NCBI RefSeq assembly: GCF_965641715.1
Contig: NZ_OZ282453.1
Reading direction: 5' to 3' (one strand)
Length of the DNA stretch: 64,000 bases
Origin: Escherichia coli
GTDB lineage: Bacteria > Pseudomonadota > Gammaproteobacteria > Enterobacterales > Enterobacteriaceae
Every line of letters begins with the position of its first letter. Within the stretch, counting starts at the first letter, position 1. This document shows, piece after piece, positions 42,829 through 49,871 of the stretch. The notes below the pieces were generated by a model that did not search any database, had not been told where the DNA came from, and saw only the letters and a list, made by a program, of their open reading frames with translations. The position numbers and the translations under genes are program-made.

Positions 42829-43665
42829 TCAGAAGTCAGCCAGTTGGTCGGAGGCTGCGCCCGTTGCGGTGAACCGGTTCTGCGGATCGCCGTCCTGCGT
42901 GCGCAGTTTTTCCTTCAGTGCTGTCAGCTCTGTGGTCAGTGACGTGATTTTCTGACGGTCCTGCTTATGGCGGGCTTCCAGTGCATTAAAACGGTCGATA
43001 ATGTCGGCCTGTGACGTTGCGACGCCTTCCACCGCTTCCTGAATACGGGAAAAACTGGCGTCATCCGCTTTGCGGCCACGGCCAATAATTCCCATTACGC
43101 GGTTAAACCACTGGGTGCCTTCTTCCTGGCGTTGTTCTGCCATTTCGATGATTTCAGACTCGATGGCTTCGGAGATAAGCGGAGCCTCACCCTGGACACT
43201 GTTGAATTTCATCACTGCCTGACGTTGCTGTGCCGTGAATTTCAGACGTTCAGTGCCCAGGCTTGCCGGGGTGTCGGTCATCGCCAGCCCGACCAGATAG
43301 GCGCGCCCGTTAACGGAGAACTGCGGGTGCAGTTCGATACTGGAATAAATTTTCTTGCCGTCAGCGACAAGCTTCTTCATGCGCTCGGTCGGTTCGATTT
43401 CTGCATACAGCGCAGTACGCCCGGCCAGCGGACCTTCCGTAATGTCTTCCGTACTCAGTGCGGTGACATCGCCCATTGCGGAAAATTCGCTTGACGGGCA
43501 TGGCGAGAGATAGTGCTCAACGTTCACGCGGGCAGCGTAAACATCCGGGTCGAAGTTCTCAGCAGCTTCACGCAGATGCACCGGACTGATTTCGCGGCCA
43601 TCAACAGTTGATCCGGAGACAGCCACGCGAAACTTTTTGCGTGATGTCTTTTTTTCATTAGCCAT
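42829..43665 (-). CDS. Capsid scaffold/protease gpO-like
   Basis: Start MANEKKTSRKKFRVAVSGSTVDGREISP parallels P2 gpO (MAKKVSKFFRIGVEGDTCDGRVIS). The ORF is 278 aa. Confidence 0.88.
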   Translation of the reverse strand: MANEKKTSRKKFRVAVSGSTVDGREISPVHLREAAENFDPDVYAARVNVEHYLSPCPSSEFSAMGDVTALSTEDITEGPLAGRTALYAEIEPTERMKKLVADGKKIYSSIELHPQFSVNGRAYLVGLAMTDTPASLGTERLKFTAQQRQAVMKFNSVQGEAPLISEAIESEIIEMAEQRQEEGTQWFNRVMGIIGRGRKADDASFSRIQEAVEGVATSQADIIDRFNALEARHKQDRQKITSLTTELTALKEKLRTQDGDPQNRFTATGAASDQLADF

Positions 43666-43819
43666 AGTTTTTGCCCCTCTGACTGGTTCTTCAGTCATGA
43701 TGGCAAAGCGTAACAGGCTGATACAAAGGGCTTTTGTTGTAAGAAAATGGCCAGAACAGGGGGTTAAGGAGAACGGTTTCGCGCGCGGGTAATCTTCCTG
43801 TAATTACTCAGGGGGAGCA

Positions 43820-45571
43820 ATGATTCAGGACGCTTTTGTGCGCCAGCGTGCGCGACAACTTTACTGGCAGGGTTATCCGCCCGCTGAAATATCACGTCTG
43901 ATGGGAATAAACCCGAACACGATTTATGCGTGGAAAAAACGCGACCAGTGGGATGAAACGCCACCCGTGCAGCGTGTCACGCAGTCCATCGATGCGCGCC
44001 TCATCCAGCTTACTGAAAAACAGAATAAAACAGGCGGTGACTTTAAGGAAATAGACCTGCTGACCCGGCAGCTTAAAAAACTGCATGATGGCCAGCCGGA
44101 TGCGACGGCCACAGGAAAGAAAGGCCGGGCGAAAAAGCTTAAAAATCATTTCACGCCGGAACAGATTGCCGCACTGCGGGAAAAAATCATCAGCAGGCTG
44201 GAGTGGCATCAGCGGGGCTGGTTTGACTCCCTGACCCTTTGCAGGGAAGCCGGGATACGTAACAGGATGATCCTGAAATCCCGACAGATTGGGGCGACCT
44301 GGTATTTTGCACAGGAAGCACTGCTGATGGCGCTGCGTGACGATGTGGCGCAACCTTACCAGCGTAACCAGATTTTTTTGTCTGCGTCGCGTCGTCAGGC
44401 GTTCCAGTTTAAAAGCATTATTCAGAAGGCTGCATCTGAAGTTGATGTGGAGCTGAAAGGGGGCGATAAAATCATCCTCTCCAACGGCGCAGAGCTGCAT
44501 TTTCTCGGCACTTCTGCTGCGACGGCACAGTCCTACACAGGCAATTTTTATTTTGATGAATTTTTCTGGGTCAGTCGCTTTGCTGAACTGCGCAAGGTGG
44601 CTGGCGCTATGGCAACCCTCAGCGGGCTGCGACGCACCTACTTCTCCACGCCATCAACCGAAACGCACGAGGCATACGTCTACTGGAACGGCGACCGCTG
44701 GAACGAGAAAAAGGCCGCGCATAAACGCCAGCGTTTTTCTGTGGACTGGAAAACGCTGCATAACGGGCTTATCTGCCCCGACCGGACGTGGCGGCAAATT
44801 GTCACGCTGGAAGATGTGGTTAATCACGGCTGGAAACACACCGATATTGATGAAATTCGTGATGAAAACACCGAAGACGAGTTCCGCAATCTCTATATGT
44901 GTGAGTTTGTCCGCGAAGGGGAATCGGCATTTAACCTGAATATCCTGATTGGCTGCGGTGTTGACGGATACGACGACTGGAAAGACTGGAAACCTTTTGC
45001 TCCCCGCCCGATGGGGAATCGTCCGGTATGGATTGGGTATGACGCAAACGGCAGCAGTGGAAACGGCGACAGTGGCGCGGTGTCCGTGGTGGTTCCTCCG
45101 GCTGTTCCTGGTGGCCGTTTTCGAACGGTGGAGACGCGACGCGTTCAGGGGCTGGAGTTTGAAGAACAGGCCAGAGTCATTGAAGAGTTCACGTGTCGCT
45201 ACAACGTGGAACACATCGGCATTGATGTGACGGGCGGGAACGGGGAGGCTGTTTATCAGATAGTGAAACGGTTTTTCCCTGCCGCTATTCCGTACACCTT
45301 CACGCTGTCATCAAAACGGTCGCTGGTACTGAAAATGCTGCAAATAATGCGTGCCGGGCGGTGGGAATACGATCGCGCCGAACGCGAGCTGGTCGCGGCC
45401 TTTAACGCCGTGCGTAAGGTGAAAACACCGGGCGGCTTTATCACTTACGAAACGGACCGCGCGAGGGGGATCAGCCACGGCGACCTTGCGTGGGCAACCA
45501 TGCTTGCTGTCATTAACGAACCAATTGGCGGCGAAGGAGAAAACGAGCGTTTCACGGTTATGGAGTTCTGA
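43820..45571 (+). CDS. Terminase large (ATPase) subunit gpP-like
   Basis: 583-aa ORF with an N-terminal HTH-like segment and a Walker-type region (ILKSRQIGATWYF). It is divergent from O, as in P2. Confidence 0.9.
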   Translation: MIQDAFVRQRARQLYWQGYPPAEISRLMGINPNTIYAWKKRDQWDETPPVQRVTQSIDARLIQLTEKQNKTGGDFKEIDLLTRQLKKLHDGQPDATATGKKGRAKKLKNHFTPEQIAALREKIISRLEWHQRGWFDSLTLCREAGIRNRMILKSRQIGATWYFAQEALLMALRDDVAQPYQRNQIFLSASRRQAFQFKSIIQKAASEVDVELKGGDKIILSNGAELHFLGTSAATAQSYTGNFYFDEFFWVSRFAELRKVAGAMATLSGLRRTYFSTPSTETHEAYVYWNGDRWNEKKAAHKRQRFSVDWKTLHNGLICPDRTWRQIVTLEDVVNHGWKHTDIDEIRDENTEDEFRNLYMCEFVREGESAFNLNILIGCGVDGYDDWKDWKPFAPRPMGNRPVWIGYDANGSSGNGDSGAVSVVVPPAVPGGRFRTVETRRVQGLEFEEQARVIEEFTCRYNVEHIGIDVTGGNGEAVYQIVKRFFPAAIPYTFTLSSKRSLVLKMLQIMRAGRWEYDRAERELVAAFNAVRKVKTPGGFITYETDRARGISHGDLAWATMLAVINEPIGGEGENERFTVMEF

Positions 45572-46617
45572 TGAGCAGAAAAAATAAAAAAGTGCGCATG
45601 AGTTCACGCATTGATCTCGCTGATGCGCTCAGGAAAGAATCGTCGCTCAGTGCATTCACATTTGATGGTCCTTACCGCCTGACCGGGCATGACCTGCTGG
45701 ACAATATGTACTGTGCTGATAACGGGCGGTGGTATGAAACCCCGGTGGACTGGTACGGTCTGGCAAGAGCCGCCCGGCAAACGTCCTGGCATCAGTCTGC
45801 GCTTTACTTTAAGCGCAATGTATTGCTCGGTTGCTACATCCCGCACCCGCTGCTTTCCCGGCAGGATTTCTCGGCGCTGGCGCTGGACTGGTTTGTGTTC
45901 GGTAACGCATTCCTTGAGCTTCGGAGCAATATGCTCGGCGAACCACTTAAATTACGGCACGCACTGGCGAAATACATGCGACGCGGAAGCGATCTTGAAT
46001 CATGGTGGTATGTGCAGGATGGCAAGGACGCGTTTCAGTTTCGCCCTGGCAAAGTGTGCCACCTGATGAATCCGGACATTAACCAGGAAATTTACGGCAT
46101 GCCGGAATATCTTGGCGCATTACTCTCGGCCAGCCTGTCTCATTCGGCGGACATGTTCAGAAAACTGTACTACGACAATGGATCCCACGCCGGGTGCATC
46201 ATCTACATCGGTGCAGCGCAGGTAAACCGCGAAAGCATGGACTCCCTGAAGGAAACGCTACAGGGTGCGCGTGGTGGTGGTGCATTTAAAAACGTGCTCA
46301 TTCACGCGCCCAACGGGGGCAAAGAAGGTGTGCAAATTTTGCCGTTCCAGCAGATCACCGCAAAGGATGAGTTCATGAATGTTAAGGCGGCATCCCGTGA
46401 TGATGTGCTGGCTGCGCACCGCGTTCCGCCGCAACTGATGGGGGCGATGCCGGGCGAAAAAAGTGCGTTTGGTGATGTGGAGAAGGCAGCGCGGGTTTAC
46501 GCAATTAACGAGCTGATGCCCGTCATGGAGGCCATGAAGCATATCAATGACTGGCTTGGCGAAGAGGTGATCCGCTTTAACCCTTACGCACTGCTGGACA
46601 CCCAGCCCACATCCTGA
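45571..46617 (+). CDS. Portal protein gpQ-like
   Basis: 348-aa ORF with an ATGA overlap with P. P2 order is P then Q, next to cos. Confidence 0.9.
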   Translation: MSRKNKKVRMSSRIDLADALRKESSLSAFTFDGPYRLTGHDLLDNMYCADNGRWYETPVDWYGLARAARQTSWHQSALYFKRNVLLGCYIPHPLLSRQDFSALALDWFVFGNAFLELRSNMLGEPLKLRHALAKYMRRGSDLESWWYVQDGKDAFQFRPGKVCHLMNPDINQEIYGMPEYLGALLSASLSHSADMFRKLYYDNGSHAGCIIYIGAAQVNRESMDSLKETLQGARGGGAFKNVLIHAPNGGKEGVQILPFQQITAKDEFMNVKAASRDDVLAAHRVPPQLMGAMPGEKSAFGDVEKAARVYAINELMPVMEAMKHINDWLGEEVIRFNPYALLDTQPTS

Positions 46618-46644
46618 CGCGCTTCGCTTGTCTGCTGCTTCGCC

Positions 46645-46667
46645 GGGGCATAAAAAATTTATGCCCC
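46645..46667 (+). terminator. Hairpin after portal gene
   Basis: GGGGCATAAA-AAA-TTTATGCCCC. Confidence 0.6.
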
Positions 46668-46926
46668 GACTCTCCAGCTCCTGTATCAATCAGATAATTT
46701 CACGACGTCTTCCAGCTTATCGCCATCATCGACGGTCAGGCTCTTACGCAATCCCACCGCGTTGACTGCATGTTCTTGCCGCCTCAGTGCGATTTTGACG
46801 GCCTTATCTGTCACCCCATCAAATCAAAAGCCCTCACGCCTTTTTCACGCTCAGTGTGAGAAATACAGCCATTCTGTTGTGTCGCTGCGACATCGTTCAG
46901 GGAATGCTATTTACCCCCTGAAACGC

Positions 46927-46945
46927 GGGCTGTTCCCCCGTCACC
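46927..46945. other. Candidate cos cohesive-end sequence (low confidence)
   Basis: The reverse complement GGTGACGGGGGAACAGCCC matches the remembered P2 cos overhang GGCGAGGCGGGGAAAGCAC at 13 of 19 positions. The location next to Q is as expected. Confidence 0.3.
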
Positions 46946-47041
46946 TGCGCGCAGAAAAAACGCGTTTTTTTGTGCACGCACGGATCCTTGACGGATCCAG
47001 TCGCCACGCGGGCCGGAAGGGTAAAAAGTTGTTCAAAAAAA

Positions 47042-47079
47042 TTGTGCAAATTTGTGCACTATTGTGCGGTGTATAAAAT
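47042..47079 (+). promoter_or_regulatory. Three phased TTGTGC(A/G) repeats plus TATAAAAT, a candidate phd-doc promoter/operator
   Basis: TTGTGCA at 47042, TTGTGCA at 47052 and TTGTGCG at 47062 have an exact 10-bp period. TATAAA is at 47072-47077, about 65-80 bp upstream of the phd start. Confidence 0.45.
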
Positions 47080-47141
47080 GAAAATATGGCGGTGTTATTA
47101 CTGCCCAACAAGCCGTTATACTTACGTTATGGGCGTGCATA

Positions 47142-47498
47142 ATGGAAATGAATATGAAAACTGTAACTGATGATGAATTTCGTGAGAACCTGAGTGAAAT
47201 TCTGGATTACCTTTCTTCCGGTGGCAGTGTCGTTATCACGGCGCAGGGAGGGAAGGATGTTGTTCTTGCTGGTTCTGATCTTAGTCCTGAAATACGGGCT
47301 GTCCTTGGCAAAACCAAAAAACTGCGGGATCAAATAAACAAAATGAAGCAACCACTCTTAATAAATGCAGTGAGAGATCTGGAAAAACGTCATCCAGCTC
47401 TTGTCGCACAGAGAAAAAAAGGATTGTCTTTTGAAGATGCAATGAAGCGTACAAGAGAAAAACATGCGGATATCATTAAAAAGCTTGAGGATAACTGA
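47142..47498 (+). CDS. phd: Phd/YefM-family antitoxin with extended C-terminal region (start may be the ATG at 47154)
   Basis: MKTVTDDEFRENLSEILDYLSSGGSVVITAQGGKDVVL is a Phd/YefM-type N-domain. The stop overlaps the doc start (TGATG). Confidence 0.8.
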   Translation: MEMNMKTVTDDEFRENLSEILDYLSSGGSVVITAQGGKDVVLAGSDLSPEIRAVLGKTKKLRDQINKMKQPLLINAVRDLEKRHPALVAQRKKGLSFEDAMKRTREKHADIIKKLEDN

Positions 47499-47905
47499 TG
47501 GACATAGTGTTTTTGTCAAAAGAACAAGTAGAACGTATCCATGCTGAAACTTTACCCCAGAGCGGAAATGCCAATGACGGGCTACTTGAAGGTGCTTTAA
47601 ATCGCGTCAGGACACTACACTACTATGAAGGGGTTGATGATATTCATGCTCTGGCTGCTATGTATTTGATTGGTATAGCCAAGGCTCATGCCTTTCATGA
47701 TGGGAATAAACGCACAGCTTTTCAGGCTGCATCAATATTTTTAATGATGAACTCTTCCGAACTTTCAAACTCCCTGCTGCTGGTTAAATTAACGGTGTTT
47801 TCAGCAATGGGGATAGCTACCCTTGAGGAAGTTACCTTTGCTTTGAAATTGCTGTCTGATTATGGCAATGAATTAATCAGCGACTACGAAGAAGATTATA
47901 TTTAA
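47498..47905 (+). CDS. doc: Doc (death-on-curing) Fic-fold kinase toxin
   Basis: 135-aa ORF. HAFHDGNKRTA matches the Doc motif H-x-F-x-D-x-N-K-R-T. Confidence 0.88.
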   Translation: MDIVFLSKEQVERIHAETLPQSGNANDGLLEGALNRVRTLHYYEGVDDIHALAAMYLIGIAKAHAFHDGNKRTAFQAASIFLMMNSSELSNSLLLVKLTVFSAMGIATLEEVTFALKLLSDYGNELISDYEEDYI

Positions 47906-48071
47906 TGCTGGCATACTCTGTCGTGTTAAGACAACAGCCTTTGCGGAGACAGGGCAGGGTGCCAGACTTGCCCGCAGCGCGTCTGACATGAGCAGTTATT
48001 CATCTTTTTTATTGTTTTTCTCCATGCAGGGCGACAGTGCGCCCCGATAAAATTAAAAGCCGTCAAATTCG

Positions 48072-48407
48072 TCATTCATGCGTTTTTTCTTCATGGTCTG
48101 TCACTTCTCTCCTGATAACTTCATTGCACAAATCAACGCACTCATTGCAGATGTAAACAGACGGTCCGGCAATCACCTTTGTGACTTCGTACTGGGATTT
48201 ATTGCAGAAGCTGCAATAAATCGTCTCCTCACCTGAAGTCCATGTTTTGCTGGTTTCGCCAGACATCAGTTGTTTGAGGTCTTTTTCACGACGAAGAACT
48301 ATCTGGCCACATTCAGCTATTTTTTGGATGTTGACATTTTCTTCTTTCGCCAGCGCTTCCATCCGCTCAATCAGTCGCTGCGCTTTTTCTCTGTCAATGC
48401 GTTGCAT
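48072..48407 (-). CDS. Stand-alone ClpX N-terminal zinc-binding-domain (ZBD) protein with a coiled-coil N-terminus and no AAA+ module
   Basis: 111-aa [42 protein letters not shown] compares with E. coli Clp[46 protein letters not shown] acts as the SD. Confidence 0.85.
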   Translation of the reverse strand: MQRIDREKAQRLIERMEALAKEENVNIQKIAECGQIVLRREKDLKQLMSGETSKTWTSGEETIYCSFCNKSQYEVTKVIAGPSVYICNECVDLCNEVIRREVTDHEEKTHE

Positions 48408-48470
48408 TGTGTCCCCCTTGTTTATGTTCCCGGGTTAAAGTCATCAGGGCGGATGCGCCCTGATGTTGTG

Positions 48471-48782
48471 TTATTCGGGAAATAACGCCCGGATATTTCC
48501 GGCCATCTGACTGGTTATCTGTGCGGTTGATACTGGCTGTGACGCGGGGCGTTCTGTCCTGGTTTGTGTCACTGATAACGCTTCATCATCAGCCCATGCA
48601 GCCAGTCGGTAAGCCTCTGCCGGATTCATTTTCAGAAGTGCCAGCCCGGCCAGAAAAGCCACGCGTTGGCCGCTTTTGCGCGCTTCTGGTGTAAGGCTGT
48701 CCAGCCAGGCGCATGCTTCACCTTCGTTCTTGACGGCGGCGGGCTTCAGATAGAAACTTATCCGTCTGGTTGGAGTCGTCAT
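48471..48782 (-). CDS. parR: ParR-like centromere-binding adaptor (RHH)
   Basis: Start MTTPTRRISFYLKP...LDSLTPEARKSGQRVAFLAGLALL parallels R1 ParR (RRTIAFKLNP...LDSIPQGERSRLNRAALTAGLALY). AAGGAG overlaps the parM stop. Confidence 0.8.
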   Translation of the reverse strand: MTTPTRRISFYLKPAAVKNEGEACAWLDSLTPEARKSGQRVAFLAGLALLKMNPAEAYRLAAWADDEALSVTQTRTERPASQPVSTAQITSQMAGNIRALFPE

Positions 48783-48786
48783 TGGT

Positions 48787-49746
48787 TTACTCCTTGTCCA
48801 TTGCGTACAGCCCATTAACCAGAGCAAACTGTGGCACCCCGTCCGCGATGAAAGTCGCATTAACTCCGCAGGCTTCGCGGATAGCGGGTGCCACAATCTC
48901 CGCCCCGCCACCGACAACCATCACCCGCCCGTAACCCGAAAAAACCGCCAGCGCGCGGATCACGCGTTGTTTCAGTGTTTCTTCCTTTTCACGAATAACC
49001 GCCATCAGGCTGGCGTAATGCGCGTCATTGTGGATGTGCTGGCGCAACCAGGCTTCATCATGGCGATGTTCGATAATGGTATTGGCGATGTGGTGACTGA
49101 TACGCATACCGTTAGTGGCCATCACCGACAGTACGGCATCGGCCATCAGGGAAACGCCTACGTGTGGATCGCAAAACACCTGGCTGATACCTGCCAGTTG
49201 CCCCTGAACCTTTGCCACATCCAGTGTGGTTCCGCCCAAATCCACAATCAGCAGGGATTCAAGCGGACTCATGTCAGCCAGTGCTTTAAAGCCAGCCGGA
49301 ATGGATTCAGGCATAACCCGTACGTTACGGATAGTGAATGTTTCGCCGTTCTGGTACTCCACCGGGCGCATAACGTTCGCTTTTTTGCGGCTGATGTTGG
49401 CCATGTCCGGCTGTGCGTTTGTGTCGAAATACTCGCTCAATGGCAGGGTGACAACCACATCCACCTCCTGTGGCGTGATGCCTGATTTGACCAGCGCGTG
49501 ATGAATGGCAATGACATTCACATCGCTGTACTGGTATTGCGTGTCGGTCGTCTGGACAAAGCGATCGCTGACCGGATCAAAACCATAGCGCACGCCATCA
49601 AGCATGTAGTTCGCGGGCTGCGAGCCACCGAACGGCGCAGACCATTCCGACTTGAAGCTGTTCGGGCTGATGGCGTTGCGGCGTTCGCCGTTCTCAGTCC
49701 ATGCCAGCTTGATGTTGGTGGAGCCGTCGTCGATACAAATTTTCAT
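48787..49746 (-). CDS. parM: ParM/StbA actin-like segregation ATPase
   Basis: 319-aa ORF. MKICIDDGSTNIKLAW...ISPNSFK...YQYSDVNVIAIHHAL...VMPESIPAG...DLGGTTLD...GGGAE is collinear with R1 ParM. Confidence 0.9.
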   Translation of the reverse strand: MKICIDDGSTNIKLAWTENGERRNAISPNSFKSEWSAPFGGSQPANYMLDGVRYGFDPVSDRFVQTTDTQYQYSDVNVIAIHHALVKSGITPQEVDVVVTLPLSEYFDTNAQPDMANISRKKANVMRPVEYQNGETFTIRNVRVMPESIPAGFKALADMSPLESLLIVDLGGTTLDVAKVQGQLAGISQVFCDPHVGVSLMADAVLSVMATNGMRISHHIANTIIEHRHDEAWLRQHIHNDAHYASLMAVIREKEETLKQRVIRALAVFSGYGRVMVVGGGAEIVAPAIREACGVNATFIADGVPQFALVNGLYAMDKE

Positions 49747-49783
49747 GTCGCTTTTCCTTATGTTGATTAATTAATCGTTTACA

Positions 49784-49871
49784 GGATTTTTAAATCCCGC
49801 TTTTGCCTGTTTTGTGCGCGCTTCATATATCGCGGCACGTTTTTTGCTCATTTATGGGATTTGTGAATCCC
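49784..49871. promoter_or_regulatory. Two GGATT..AATCC palindromes upstream of parM (candidate parC/operator)
   Basis: GGATTT-TT-AAATCC at 49784-49797 and GGGATT-TGTG-AATCCC at 49856-49871. The second lies inside the 3' end of the gpA ORF. Confidence 0.3.

Noticed and set aside
43666-43819. Ogr-type late promoter dyads (TGT-N12-ACA) in the O/P and D/FI divergent regions
   Set aside because: I could not find a convincing TGT-N12-ACA match by eye in either region, so no late promoter is reported.
46690-46830. 45-codon minus-strand ORF (GTG start, ...KIALRRQEHAVNAVGLRKSLTVDDGDKLEDVVKLSD) between the portal gene and the cos candidate
   Set aside because: The translation is plausible, but there is no convincing RBS and the start is GTG. 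I cannot support it without comparative data.
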